Origin: Candidatus Spongiihabitans sp.
GTDB lineage: Bacteria; Pseudomonadota; Gammaproteobacteria; Arenicellales; Poriferihabitantaceae
Assembly: GCF_965237845.1 (NCBI RefSeq)
Contig: NZ_OZ250154.1
Coordinates: 115,678 to 179,677 of the forward strand
Length of the DNA: 64,000 nt
Direction: 5' to 3'
In this document: in pieces, positions 39,220-50,232 of the stretch
How positions within the stretch are numbered: position 1 is the stretch's first letter
How the letters are laid out: each line of letters begins with the position of its first letter
The notes under the pieces: model-generated
What the model was told of the DNA's origin: nothing
The model's input: only the letters and a program-made list of their open reading frames with translations
Database searches by the model: none
Made by a program: the position numbers and the translations under genes

Positions 39220-39861
39220 ATGAGCAATCAGACGAGTTCGGATTTCACGATTATTCTTAGTAGTTTTACTTTTCCCAAGGATCTCGATAACAAACGAGCT
39301 AATTTCCGTTTTGTAGTTGATCTTCGCTACACAAATGAAAAAGGAGCTTTCGCAGTTGCAACCGCGGTGATGCCTGGTTTGGATACGTGGTGGGAATGCG
39401 CCACCAATAAAAGTGACAAGCCGAATTTTGTTCGCAAAGGGGATTCTTCCGAATTCGATATTAATAAAATCGATGAATGGGACAAAGTTGCTCTGCGGGT
39501 CAAGGCCCAGGTGCTCTACCAGATTCAGGTCAAGGTCATAGATGTAGACCGACCGAATCTCTGGGACAAGCTTTCAGACGCTTTTGGCAGAGTCATCAGC
39601 TCCCTATTTGGGACGGCGAAAGGAAAGGTCGGAGGTATACCTACGGTTGGAGGAGCTATTGGATCAGTTCTTGAGGATGTCCAATCAAGGGTCGCCAAAA
39701 TGTTAGCAGGTGGCGATAAAGTTTTGTTCAAGAGGGGAATGAATATAGAATATCTTGACACTGACAATAACATTATTAAAATTTTCGGAGATGGAAGTAC
39801 GGACAATAAAAAAAGTGCAAATAAGAAATATACGATTGGCTTTGAAGTAGAAATTAAGTAA
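39220..39861 (+). CDS. hypothetical 213-aa protein
   Basis: Good RBS (aggagaaatagaaaATG). No recognisable motif apart from a Gly-rich segment (GKVGGIPTVGGAIG). Adjacent to the second R-M island. Confidence 0.55.
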   Translation: MSNQTSSDFTIILSSFTFPKDLDNKRANFRFVVDLRYTNEKGAFAVATAVMPGLDTWWECATNKSDKPNFVRKGDSSEFDINKIDEWDKVALRVKAQVLYQIQVKVIDVDRPNLWDKLSDAFGRVISSLFGTAKGKVGGIPTVGGAIGSVLEDVQSRVAKMLAGGDKVLFKRGMNIEYLDTDNNIIKIFGDGSTDNKKSANKKYTIGFEVEIK

Positions 39862-40188
39862 AGGCTAGGCCGTGCATGACGAAAAGATGGTTCCGACTAG
39901 GGCCAACACTTTCACAAAAAATCCCAGAGCTTGTAGCGACGCATAAATCCCCTTCTACTCATCACCCCGACCACACAGTGGCGTTGGGGACGGCTTGCTG
40001 GATAGACTTATTCTTGGGCCGACCAGAATTCCATCGCCCCACTGCCGAAGGCCGGCTGCGGGCGTTCATTTTGCGAGCATTGAGCTTCAGCAAGACCTCC
40101 CGCCAACGGTAGACTCACGCACACCGTCCTCAATAGTCATCAGGCGCTTCTGACCCGTTCATTGAGCCCAATCACCGCCAAGGCACAC

Positions 40189-41049
40189 TCATTTCAAGCA
40201 ACCGCTGAGGGTTTTACTGCAAAGATCATAGTATTCCTTGTTTTTTTCACAACCAATAAAATTTCTATTAAGGTTGTGGCTTGCTATTGCTGTCGTTCCG
40301 CTACCCATAAAACAATCTAACACCAAATCGCCTTCATTAGAACTGGCTTTAATTATCCTTTCTAACATATCCATTGGTTTGGGCGTTAAGTGGGGCATTT
40401 TCTGTACTTTTCCATTCACTTTTCTTTTATGTCTTTCACTGCTAAAGCGCCATATTTCTGAACATAATCCGCCATCGGGATTTGGGTACCATCTTTTGCC
40501 GTTTTTTAAAATCCCTTTCTTGGCGGCATGTTTCATCCTGTCTATGCTCTTGTAGGGCTCTCTGATGGCATCAAAATTGAAGGTGTGTTGTCCTTGCGTA
40601 AAAAACAAAATGGTCTCAGCGCCACTGACATATTTTGTTTTCGCAGCGCTGATCCCATCTTGTTTATCCCAAATAATCCAATTTCTAAAAGTCATTTTTT
40701 TCTCTACCAAAAATTGCAAAATGTACGCGGAATTGAGAGGAGTATTAAAAATATACAAACTGCTGGAGCGTTTTAATTTAGGAATGAGCGTCTCTATCCA
40801 GGAAAAAGTGAAATGCAAAAAATCATCTTGACTTCTAAAAGTATCCCACCTGGCTTTTTTCATATTGTATGGCGGATCAACAACGGCTAAATCAATTGAC
40901 TTATCCTCCACTTTGGTATTGAGAAAATCAAAAACATCCAAATGATAAATTTTATTAATTTGCGTTTCAGACTCAGATTCTTGTTTAGTTTTCAAAGATG
41001 ATTTCAGGGGATGAAGCAGATCCAATTGAATAGTTTTATCGGTTTTCAT
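40189..41049 (-). CDS. DNA methyltransferase (beta class, N6-adenine or N4-cytosine)
   Basis: Catalytic motif AVVDPPYN precedes the SAM motif VLDCFMGSGTTAIA, which is the beta-class order. 286 aa. Confidence 0.88.
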   Translation of the reverse strand: MKTDKTIQLDLLHPLKSSLKTKQESESETQINKIYHLDVFDFLNTKVEDKSIDLAVVDPPYNMKKARWDTFRSQDDFLHFTFSWIETLIPKLKRSSSLYIFNTPLNSAYILQFLVEKKMTFRNWIIWDKQDGISAAKTKYVSGAETILFFTQGQHTFNFDAIREPYKSIDRMKHAAKKGILKNGKRWYPNPDGGLCSEIWRFSSERHKRKVNGKVQKMPHLTPKPMDMLERIIKASSNEGDLVLDCFMGSGTTAIASHNLNRNFIGCEKNKEYYDLCSKTLSGCLK

Positions 41050-41831
41050 TGTCTAGTCTCAATGTGGAATCATCATCTGACGCAAACCCGTCGCACCAAG
41101 CAATAACGCTGATAGTGTGCTTAATGCTCTTAACATAATTACCGTAAACATTTCTGGCTGTTGGCTCTTTTATTTCGTTGAAATATGCAACATATTTTTC
41201 ATTAAAAATAGTAGGATTTTGGAGTGATCGATAAACGTGCACCAAATTGACAATGGTCTCCAAATCATCATCATTGTATGCATGCGTCGCAAAATAATTA
41301 AATTCGTCTAAAGTTAGATGATTCAATCAATGCAGTAATCTTTTAGTAAACTGAACAATGTTCAAACCATTGAAAGAATAATTGAGAAAGTAATTAGTGT
41401 ATAAGTCTTTCACACATTCTAAATTTTCACATTGATTAATTTGTATTCCTAAATTCGTTAGACACAACACCTGTTTGTTAAGTTTTCCAGTTTGTTTAAT
41501 TGGATGACAACACCAACCAAATTTTATGAGATAGTTTTTCGCTTGCCTGACAAACAATTGATGATGCGAAGTTTTTAATTCTTTTCTTTGGAAATTACTG
41601 TTTTCCACAAACTGGTCAAGCAGTTTTTTTGATGCCTGATAATTGGGTAATGCCCATATCAAAACTACATAGCAATTTTGTGGGTTTATCTTTGATTTTT
41701 TCCAAAATAATGTCCACACCATTTTCTCTAACATAAGCAACAACAAAAAGCATTTCATCGGCCTTATCTATTTCGGCAGTAATGACATCTTGATGATTAT
41801 TTAAATGAACAATCTGGTTTTGAACAAACAT
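41036..41831 (-). pseudogene. decayed gene between the two methylases (possible nuclease remnant): one frameshift plus one in-frame TGA
   Basis: The 71-aa and 143-aa ORFs rejoin if one A is removed from the A7 run (41624-41630), giving ...GITQLSGIKKLLDQFVEN.... The 143-aa and 96-aa ORFs are in the same frame, separated only by a TGA (41327-41329). Confidence 0.55.
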
Positions 41832-41845
41832 GAGAAATCTCTTTT

Positions 41846-42420
41846 TTAAACACTGTTTAATTTTTTTTCTATAATTTCTTTATAGTTTTCCATTATTTCA
41901 TAGCCAATATATTTCCGGTTTAACTCTTTGGCTATTTTTAAAGTCGTACCACTTCCTGCGAATGGGTCTAATACAACATCTTCTACATAAGAAAATAATT
42001 TTACACATCTCCTTACTATACCTTCTGGCATAATCGCCGAATGGTCGCCAAAGGCTAAATCATTTTTATTCGGTATAGGTATATCCCAAATTTGTTTGGT
42101 GTATTCAGTCCATTCTTTTTGTGTTAATTTGCTTTTTTCTTCATAGGCATTAAGGGAGTATTTATAACTAATTTTCCATTTGGTTTTAATACTCTTTCAC
42201 ATTCATTCCACACTTTTGACAGTTCTTTTATGAAAGTTTGATAATTTTTTATATCCCCTATTTGATTTGTATTTTTTCTCGAGTGTGTTTCATCTTGATA
42301 ACCATTTTTGGAATAGTCTTTGATATTGAAATAAGGAGGTGATGTGACGATTAAATCGACAGTTTTGTCTGGAACATCGTCCATTCTTTGGGAATTTTTG
42401 AAATATATTCTATTATTCAT
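41846..42420 (-). pseudogene. SPPY-type DNA methyltransferase split by a frameshift in a poly-A run
   Basis: The N-terminal fragment has LIVTSPPY and the C-terminal fragment has VLDPFAGSGTT. Adding one A to the A6 run (42133-42138) restores ...PLMPMKKKSKLTQKEWTEYTKQIWDIP... Confidence 0.8.
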
Positions 42421-42485
42421 GTCTTTCTACACTTATCCCCACATCCACTGCTGTCCCATAAACCTGAAACAAAAAAGACCTCATC

Positions 42486-43766
42486 CTAAGGTCGAATATG
42501 ACCATCCCCAATGACGATATATTTCTGGTTGGTCAATCCCTCAAGGCCAACCGGTCCGCGTACGTGGAGTTTGTCGGTACTAATCCCGATTTCAGCGCCG
42601 AGCCCATACTCAAAGCCATCGGCAAACTGAGTTGACGCATTAACCATTACCGAACTGGAATCCACTTGCCGCAGGAATTTGTCCTGCTTCGCTTGGCTTT
42701 CGGTGATGATGGCGTCGGTGTGGTGCGAGCCATAATTTTGAATATGAGCAATCGCCTGATCGATTCCATCGACGATGCGCACCGATAAAATCGCATCCAG
42801 ATATTCGGCGCTCCAATCCTCTTCGGTCGCCGGTTTCAACGCCGGGATAATTTTCCGGCTTTTCTCGCAGCCGCGCAATTCCACACCTTTTTGTCGAAAC
42901 TGCCTGCCCAATTCCGGCAGCGCTTTATCTGCCACGGCTTCAGCAACCAGCAAGGTTTCCATTGCGCCGCAAACGCCATAGCGGCGGGTTTTGGCGTTAT
43001 AGGCGATTTTAATCGCTTGATCGATGTCGGCCTCATCATCGATATAAACGTGGCATAGTCCTTGCAGATGCTTAATCACTGGAACCGTGGCGTCTCGACT
43101 GACCCGCTCGATCAAACTTTGCCCGCCACGCGGCACAATGATATCCACATACTGGGACAGGGTAATCAACTCGCCAACCGCAGACCGATCGGTTGTTGCT
43201 ATCAGTTGAGCGCAATTTGGAGCAAGCCCGGCTTGTTCAAGCCCTTGAGCGAGACACTTTCCAAGCGCAAGGTTTGAGTTAATCGACTCGGAACCACCGC
43301 GCAAAATCACGGCATTGCCCGCTTTGAGACAAAGAATCGCCGCATCAATGGTAACATTGGGACGTGATTCATAAATGATTCCAATGACCCCAAGCGGCAC
43401 CCGCATTTTTCCGATTTTTATGCCGCTGGACTGTTCAGTGAGTGCCGTCATCTCACCCACCGGATCATTTAACCCGGCGACCTGCCGACAGCCTTCCGCA
43501 ATCGCCTCAACTCGCTCCTGATTTAATTCAAGCCGATCGAGTAACGCGCTGGTCAAACGGCTTTGCCTTGCATCTGCCAGGTCCTTTGCGTTTTCGGCCA
43601 GGATAGCGGCGCAATTTTTTTCAATCGCAATCGCAATGCTTTCCAGCGCAGCATTCTTTTGATGCGTGGTTGCCTGAGCAATAACTTTCGCCGACTGCAC
43701 CGCGGCGCGGCCAAGCTGGTGCATATAGTTTGTTATATCCAGGTTTTTTGCGGTACTCGATTGCAT
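42486..43766 (-). CDS. proA: gamma-glutamyl phosphate reductase
   Basis: Aldehyde-dehydrogenase fold, ...IYESRPNVT...CNA.ETLLV... The ORF is N-terminally over-extended in the track. ATG at 43766 (or 43724) gives ~412-426 aa. Confidence 0.92.
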   Translation of the reverse strand: MQSSTAKNLDITNYMHQLGRAAVQSAKVIAQATTHQKNAALESIAIAIEKNCAAILAENAKDLADARQSRLTSALLDRLELNQERVEAIAEGCRQVAGLNDPVGEMTALTEQSSGIKIGKMRVPLGVIGIIYESRPNVTIDAAILCLKAGNAVILRGGSESINSNLALGKCLAQGLEQAGLAPNCAQLIATTDRSAVGELITLSQYVDIIVPRGGQSLIERVSRDATVPVIKHLQGLCHVYIDDEADIDQAIKIAYNAKTRRYGVCGAMETLLVAEAVADKALPELGRQFRQKGVELRGCEKSRKIIPALKPATEEDWSAEYLDAILSVRIVDGIDQAIAHIQNYGSHHTDAIITESQAKQDKFLRQVDSSSVMVNASTQFADGFEYGLGAEIGISTDKLHVRGPVGLEGLTNQKYIVIGDGHIRP

Positions 43767-43922
43767 GTTTATGTGTTGTGCCTGTTTATATAGGTCGATT
43801 GCGGACAGATTGTCAGGATTGTAAAAGAAATAGCGCCTTATTTCGATGGTTAAATGTCTCGGCATCCATGAGAATTCAAGACCGATCTTGCGATAACGCT
43901 CACAGGGCAATCATGCCATAAT

Positions 43923-44942
43923 CTACTGAATTCTCAGCCCACACATCCCCAAACAAATACTCTCGATTTCCTCCCAAATATCCTTTCGTTGTAATGACGC
44001 GCGCCCCTTTGCCATGAGGTCGGCGCGCCCCAAGCGCCGCAATATATTTTCCCATTGCGCTCGGGACAGACGTTTTAATGCGGCGTTCACAATGCCGCTG
44101 CGGCTGCTCCAGACGCCATAGCGTTGAAACTGCGGACGCTCGCCCTGCTCCATTGCCACGGACAATTGACAGAGAATTCGGGTATCCCGCGCCAACGCCC
44201 ATAGAATAATAACCGGCTCCATTTGCTCTCGCTTTAAGCTGTGTAGAATTCGGATCACCCGATGCACCGATCCAGCAAGACAAGCGTCGACAAAGCTGTA
44301 CACATTAAATCGAGCGTGATCGGCAATAACCTGTTCAATAATTTCCGCGCTGATTTGTTGTTTGGGGTACAGCAGACTGAGCAGGTTTATTTCTTGAGCG
44401 GCCGCCAGTAGATTCCCTTCAACAAAATGACTCAATCGTTCAACCGCATCGAAATCAAATTCAAGACCGCCGGCAGTTAATCGTTGACTGATCCAGTTCG
44501 GAAGTTTGTCCGCGCCAATGGTTGGACACTCTATAACAATGCCCGCGGCTTCCACTGTCTTGAACCATTTTGTGTTTTGGGCGCGTTTTTCAATGCTGCC
44601 GCAAATGACTACTAATGTTGTGTCGTCGGCATTTTGATTTTCGGCGTAATCAATTAAAGCTTTCGCCCCGGCATCACCGGGCTTGCCCGTTGGCAGCCGC
44701 AATTCAATCAGTCTCTTTTCGGCGAAAAGCGACATAGTTTGGCTGTATTCAAATAATTTATTCCAATCGAAACCAGGCTCCACGGTGAAGCGCAGCCTTT
44801 CCAGGAAGCCCGCTTGCTTGGCGCAAGTTCGAATTGGCTGCAATGCTTCTTCGACTAATAGTGTTTCCGCACCGAAAAGCAGATACAGCGGTTGGAAGCC
44901 CTGTTTCAGTTGACCGGATAATGAGGGCAGGCTAACGCGCAA
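43923..44942 (-). CDS. holA: DNA polymerase III delta subunit
   Basis: 339 aa. LYLLFGAETLLVEEA...SLFAEKRLIEL pattern. leuS-lptE-holA synteny. Confidence 0.85.
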   Translation of the reverse strand: MRVSLPSLSGQLKQGFQPLYLLFGAETLLVEEALQPIRTCAKQAGFLERLRFTVEPGFDWNKLFEYSQTMSLFAEKRLIELRLPTGKPGDAGAKALIDYAENQNADDTTLVVICGSIEKRAQNTKWFKTVEAAGIVIECPTIGADKLPNWISQRLTAGGLEFDFDAVERLSHFVEGNLLAAAQEINLLSLLYPKQQISAEIIEQVIADHARFNVYSFVDACLAGSVHRVIRILHSLKREQMEPVIILWALARDTRILCQLSVAMEQGERPQFQRYGVWSSRSGIVNAALKRLSRAQWENILRRLGRADLMAKGRASLQRKDIWEEIESICLGMCGLRIQ

Positions 44943-45500
44943 TCACTGTGCCTCCCCACTATATTCGGGTATTCGGCTAAGCCGTCTCAGCAACTGCAAG
45001 ATAATTTCCTGTTCCATTTCCTGTTTTAAGAATTCCTCTTCTTCCTCAATGGCTAATGTTTGAGCTGGCTCATAGTCCAGGGTAGCGGGTTCATAGTCCA
45101 GGGTTCTGTGCTGAGAAATTGTGGCAAGCGGTTGCAAGACCGCACCTTCGCTGCCGGTAACATTATAGTCGACGGTGTAGATATAGTCATAACCCGTGGC
45201 CAGGCCGTTTTCATCCACGGTTCTGACGCTCCTTTGGAATTCGCTTTTTGAGATGAACAGGGTGGCGCCGTCGCTATCGGCTTCTGTTGCCGCAGAACCG
45301 CTTTGTTGCAGGTGTTGATCAGGTTGTTCATGGGGCTGTTCACGGAGTTGTTCGCGGAGTTGTTCACGGAGCGAGCGATTCCCGCCTTCAATGGAAATGC
45401 GAGAGAGCGCTGATGACAGTTCGAAATTTCCCCGCAACTTGAAGCCACACCCGGCGACTAAAGTCAGGCTCAGGACGAGTAGCGCCAAGCGTTTGGACAT
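44943..45500 (-). CDS. lptE: LPS-assembly lipoprotein LptE
   Basis: Lipobox LVAGCGFKLRG, immediately downstream of leuS. Start at ATG 45500. Contains short in-frame tandem repeats. Confidence 0.8.
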   Translation of the reverse strand: MSKRLALLVLSLTLVAGCGFKLRGNFELSSALSRISIEGGNRSLREQLREQLREQPHEQPDQHLQQSGSAATEADSDGATLFISKSEFQRSVRTVDENGLATGYDYIYTVDYNVTGSEGAVLQPLATISQHRTLDYEPATLDYEPAQTLAIEEEEEFLKQEMEQEIILQLLRRLSRIPEYSGEAQ

Positions 45501-45573
45501 GGGATATTTCCGATGATTATGTAGATAAAGGGCAGATATAAAGGTCAGGTATTGTAATGGATAGTATCCAAGT

Positions 45574-48057
45574 CTAAATAACAATGTTTATAAGTTTCCC
45601 CGCCACCACGATAACTTTTCTGATCGGTTTGCCCGCAATGTATTTTTGCGTTTTTTCATCGGCGATGGCCAGGGTTTCGATCTCCTGTTTGCTGCTGGAT
45701 GCCGAAACTTCAATTTCGCTTCGCAATTTGCCGTTGACTTGAATCACTAACTTCAAGGTGTCGCTCTTCAGCGCTTCAGGGTCCACGCTTGGCCAGGTTG
45801 CATCGATAATATCCCCCGATTCGCCAAGGTCACGCCACAGCTGATGCGCAATGTGCGGCGTAATCGGCGCCAGCACCTTGTTCAATATCACTACGCCTTC
45901 GCGTAACACCGAGGCGCAATCAGGGTTCTTTTCGGGATCGAATTTATCCAGCGCATTGAGCAACGCCATCGCCCCGGCGACTACGGTGTTGTAGTGAATT
46001 TTTTCGTAGTCGCGCCGCACTTTATCCAGTATTTGGTGGATCAGTCGGCGTATTTGTTTTGCTTCGGGGTCGATTATGCGACTGGCCCAATCCGGGTTAG
46101 CCAGCGTTTCCCGGGCTGAGGAAATTACATTTTTAGTCCGTTGGATCAATGACCACCAGCGTCTCAGAAAGCGGTGGGCGCCGGCCACGGCATCGTCATT
46201 CCACTCCAAAGTCTGTTCTGCCGGTGAGGCAAACATCATAAACAAACGCACCGTATCGGCGCCATAAAGGTCGATCATGGATTGGGGATCAACGGTATTG
46301 CCCTTGGACTTGGACATCTTTACGCCGCCTTTCAAAACCATCCCCTGGCAGAGCAGATTGGTAAACGGCTCGTCGCCGGCGACCAATCCAGCATCGCGCA
46401 TCAGTTTATGGAAGAACCGCGCATACAATAGATGCAACACCGCATGCTCAATTCCGCCGATATACTGATCGACCGGCAGCCAGTAATTGGCGCGTTCATC
46501 GAGCATGGCATTATCGGCCCCCGGGCAGCAATAGCGCGCAAAATACCAGGACGATTCAAAGAAAGTGTCAAAAGTATCTGTTTCCCGATGGGCTGGCGTA
46601 TCGGCGCCAGGCACAGTGGTTTGATAAAAATTCGGGTCATTCCTGAGCGGAGACTTGACCCCGGAAAACTCAACGTCTTCGGGCAGCAATACCGGTAACT
46701 GATCATCTGCAACAGCGATGGCATGGTCTTGTGAAATGTCCTGATGGTCATAAACCACCGGTATCGGACAGCCCCAATATCGCTGACGGGAAACCCCCCA
46801 GTCGCGCAGTCGATAATTGATTTTTCTGTTTCCCTTTTTGTTTTTCTCCAGGAATTCCGCTACTGCATCAAAGGCTTGCTTGAAATTCAAGCCATCAAAC
46901 TGCCCGGAATTGTAAACAACCCCTGCTTTTGTGGTCAGCGAAGATTCATCGTAGTTGTGTTGATCGCCCTCGGGCCATTCAATGACCGGCCGAATCTCCA
47001 GATTATGCTGCTTGGCAAACTCCCAATCCCGTTGATCGTGAGCGGGCACCGCCATGGCCGCGCCGGTGCCGTATCCCAGTAAAATGAAGTTTGCCGCCCA
47101 GATATCGATTTTTTCTCCGCTGATCGGGTGGATTCCGGTAATGCCTAAAGACACCCCCTTCTTTTGCATGGTTTCCAATTCTTCCTCTGAAGTATGGGTG
47201 GTCTTGCACTGCTCGATAAATTTCGCAATTTGCGGGTTGTTTTGAGCCGCTTTCAATGCCAGCGGATGCTCCGCCGCCACAGAAATAAAGGTGATTCCCA
47301 TAATCGTGTCGGGTCGGGTGGTGTAAACTTCAAGCGGCTCTTCGCTTTCAATCTCAAATGAAAATTTCACTCCTTCTGAACGACCGATCCAGTTTCGCTG
47401 CATGGTGCGCACCGCATCCGGCCAGCCTTGCAGATTGTCGATTTCGCTCAGCAACTCTTCGGCATAGGCGGTGATTCGAATAAACCATTGAGAAATGTGT
47501 CGGCGTTCGACCAACGCGCCGGAGCGCCAGCCACGACCATTCTCCACCTGCTCATTGGCAAGCACGGTTTGCTCGACCGGATCCCAATTCAACACCGCCA
47601 TTTTTTTATAGGCCAGGCCTTTGTCTAAAAGCCGATTAAAAAACCATTGCTCCCAGCGGTAGTATTCGGGCGCGCAGGTGGCGAGTTCCCGGCCCCAATC
47701 ATATGCGAATCCCAGACGCTTCAACTGTCCGCGCATATAAGCTATATTTTCGTAGGTCCATTTGGCCGGCGGCATGTTGTTGTCGATGGCCGCGTTTTCC
47801 GCCGGCAAGCCAAAAGCATCCCAGCCCATCGGTTGCATCACGTTTTTGCCCAGCATCCGCTGATAACGACTGATCACATCACCGAGGGTGTAATTTCTGA
47901 CATGACCCATATGCAATTGCCCGGAAGGATACGGCAGCATAGACAGGCAGTAATATTTTTCACGATCCGGATCTTCCGTCGCCGCAAAGCTCTGATTGTC
48001 GTCCCAGTATTTTTGGGCGGCAGCCTCTACTTCAGCGGAATTATACGGGCTGGTCAT
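45574..48057 (-). CDS. leuS: leucine--tRNA ligase
   Basis: 827 aa. HMGH and KMSKS motifs, and a CP1 editing domain. Confidence 0.98.
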   Translation of the reverse strand: MTSPYNSAEVEAAAQKYWDDNQSFAATEDPDREKYYCLSMLPYPSGQLHMGHVRNYTLGDVISRYQRMLGKNVMQPMGWDAFGLPAENAAIDNNMPPAKWTYENIAYMRGQLKRLGFAYDWGRELATCAPEYYRWEQWFFNRLLDKGLAYKKMAVLNWDPVEQTVLANEQVENGRGWRSGALVERRHISQWFIRITAYAEELLSEIDNLQGWPDAVRTMQRNWIGRSEGVKFSFEIESEEPLEVYTTRPDTIMGITFISVAAEHPLALKAAQNNPQIAKFIEQCKTTHTSEEELETMQKKGVSLGITGIHPISGEKIDIWAANFILLGYGTGAAMAVPAHDQRDWEFAKQHNLEIRPVIEWPEGDQHNYDESSLTTKAGVVYNSGQFDGLNFKQAFDAVAEFLEKNKKGNRKINYRLRDWGVSRQRYWGCPIPVVYDHQDISQDHAIAVADDQLPVLLPEDVEFSGVKSPLRNDPNFYQTTVPGADTPAHRETDTFDTFFESSWYFARYCCPGADNAMLDERANYWLPVDQYIGGIEHAVLHLLYARFFHKLMRDAGLVAGDEPFTNLLCQGMVLKGGVKMSKSKGNTVDPQSMIDLYGADTVRLFMMFASPAEQTLEWNDDAVAGAHRFLRRWWSLIQRTKNVISSARETLANPDWASRIIDPEAKQIRRLIHQILDKVRRDYEKIHYNTVVAGAMALLNALDKFDPEKNPDCASVLREGVVILNKVLAPITPHIAHQLWRDLGESGDIIDATWPSVDPEALKSDTLKLVIQVNGKLRSEIEVSASSSKQEIETLAIADEKTQKYIAGKPIRKVIVVAGKLINIVI

Positions 48058-48208
48058 AAGGGATTATAATGAATCGGGCAGAAATCGGGTGATCGTAAAA
48101 GGCGCGATTTTAACCGATTGCTATTTCATTAGTCACCAAAGAATACCCGTAAACTCTGTCGTTCTTCCGATAGCACAGCATTAAGGTCATTTAAAGTAAA
48201 ATCCCGCC

Positions 48209-50038
48209 ATGGCAGGAAAAATACCAAGTGTTTTTATCGATCAACTGATGTCAAGAGTTGACATCGTCGAGGTCATCGACCGTAGAGTGCCGTTAACCCG
48301 AAAGGGCAAGGAATTTCAGGCGAGTTGCCCATTTCATGACGAGAAAACACCGTCATTCACGGTCAGTCCGACCAAGCAGTTCTATTATTGCTTTGGTTGT
48401 GGCGCCCATGGCACCGCGATTGGGTTTCTAATGGATTACGCAAACCTGAGTTTCGTCGAAGCGGTTGAAGAATTGGCGGATGGCGTCGGCTTGCAGGTGC
48501 CTCAGCAGACACCAGGCACACAGGCAGCAACCCCCGGGGAAAGCGCCGGCGACCTGCTTGGTATGGTCGAACAAGCCAATTTTTGGTTCCAGCAGCAATT
48601 ACGTAAGCATCCGGCTGCCAGGCAGGCAGTCGCTTATTTAAAGGCTCGAGGGCTGGATGGAAAAATCGCGGCAAGTTTTGGCATTGGTTTTGCGCCGGAC
48701 AGCTGGAACGATTTAGCGCTGGCGTTAGCAACCACTCCTCAAGCGCAACAGCAATTAGTCAAAACCGGGCTGATTATACGGAAAGACGACCCCAGCCCAG
48801 AAGACGACCCCAGCCCAGCCCCAGGCCAAAATTCAGAATCCGGCGCCAAGTTTTTCGATCGATTTCGCAGTCGGATCATGTTCCCCATTGAAGATCATCG
48901 CGGTCGAGTGGTCGGCTTCGGTGGTCGAATCATCGGCGATGGCGAACCTAAGTATTTAAACTCCCCGGAAACGCCGTTGTTTCATAAAGGCGCCGAACTT
49001 TATGGGTTGCATCGCGCGCGCCGTGCAATTGGCGCCGCCAATAAAAGCATTGTTGTGGAGGGGTATATGGACGTGGTCAGCCTGGCGCAGTTTGGCGTCG
49101 ACAATGCCGTGGCGACCTTGGGCACGGCAACCACCAGGACGCATTTGCAACGATTATTTCGGCTTGCCGCGGAAGTGGTGTTTTGTTTTGATGGCGACCG
49201 TGCCGGGCGGGCGGCGGCCTGGAAGGCGTTGCAGGTTTCCTTGCCGGAAATGCAGGATGGCCGAAAAGTCGGTCTCTTGTTTCTTCCAGATGGCGAAGAT
49301 CCGGATTCTATGGTGCGCGCTCAAGGGCAAGCGGCATTTGTTGAGCGGATCAATACGGCGAAGTCCATGCTGGATTTTTTATTCGACCACCTGACCGAGC
49401 AAGTCGATATGGCGAGCAGAGATGGGAGAGCGCAGCTGGTCAGTTTGGCGAAACCTTTGCTCGCGCAGCTGCCTGTCGGGGCGTTACGGGACTTGATGTT
49501 TGACAGGCTGACTTCATTAAGCGGATTGACCGGCGCCCAATTGGGCAAGCAGGAATATTCAAACAATCTCAATTCCCGCATACGGAATCGGAAAAGCAAG
49601 CCGCATCAGCCAGGCCAGATTTCCCCGTTGGCATTTGCCACCAGTTTATTGTTGCAAAACCCGCCACTGGCGTTGGCGCTCGATGATGTTGCCGCGCTGC
49701 AGCAGCTTCGAATCCAGGGCGCCGAGGTATTGATTAAAATGATCGATCTGATTCGAAACCAGCCTGAGCAAACCACGGCAAGGTTGCTGGAGTTGTTCCG
49801 GGATTCGACTTATCATGGGTATCTGGAAAAGTTGGCGATGCGCACCAATTTCATAGACGATGATGTGCTCAAGCCGCAATTCAAGGATACCGTAGGGCGG
49901 TTGTTGGAAAATCAAAAGGAGTATAACCGACAAGAAGCGCTCGAAAAACTGCGGCAAAAAAGCATGAAAGAGCTGAAAGAGGAGGAAAAAGCCGCGTTGG
50001 TTGAGCTATTAAATGCCAGGAAGAATGCAGACAATTGA
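48209..50038 (+). CDS. dnaG: DNA primase
   Basis: Zn-ribbon CPFHDEKTPSF...CFGCGAHG, TOPRIM EGYMDV..., and a C-terminal helicase-binding domain. Confidence 0.96.
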   Translation: MAGKIPSVFIDQLMSRVDIVEVIDRRVPLTRKGKEFQASCPFHDEKTPSFTVSPTKQFYYCFGCGAHGTAIGFLMDYANLSFVEAVEELADGVGLQVPQQTPGTQAATPGESAGDLLGMVEQANFWFQQQLRKHPAARQAVAYLKARGLDGKIAASFGIGFAPDSWNDLALALATTPQAQQQLVKTGLIIRKDDPSPEDDPSPAPGQNSESGAKFFDRFRSRIMFPIEDHRGRVVGFGGRIIGDGEPKYLNSPETPLFHKGAELYGLHRARRAIGAANKSIVVEGYMDVVSLAQFGVDNAVATLGTATTRTHLQRLFRLAAEVVFCFDGDRAGRAAAWKALQVSLPEMQDGRKVGLLFLPDGEDPDSMVRAQGQAAFVERINTAKSMLDFLFDHLTEQVDMASRDGRAQLVSLAKPLLAQLPVGALRDLMFDRLTSLSGLTGAQLGKQEYSNNLNSRIRNRKSKPHQPGQISPLAFATSLLLQNPPLALALDDVAALQQLRIQGAEVLIKMIDLIRNQPEQTTARLLELFRDSTYHGYLEKLAMRTNFIDDDVLKPQFKDTVGRLLENQKEYNRQEALEKLRQKSMKELKEEEKAALVELLNARKNADN

Positions 50039-50232
50039 GGAGTCCTGATCATTGGTCAAGCGCAATTAACGGGCAACGGCCTGGAATTTCAGCCGGATTA
50101 GGCATTTTTAGCTGAAACAAGCCATTGAAATAGTTAAGTAAAGCACTACATTTGGTGTATACTCGGCGGTCGCATTTTCAGCGGTATCCGGTTCATATTG
50201 GATACTAAATTTCCCGAGGTAACTGGCTATTT

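Noticed and set aside
39876-40112. A 78-aa ORF in the GC-rich segment between the orphan gene and the R-M island.
   Set aside because: It has no RBS and a Pro/Arg/His-rich unnatural composition. It is more likely a non-coding scar of foreign DNA, and I could not recognise a transposase or integrase fragment in any frame.
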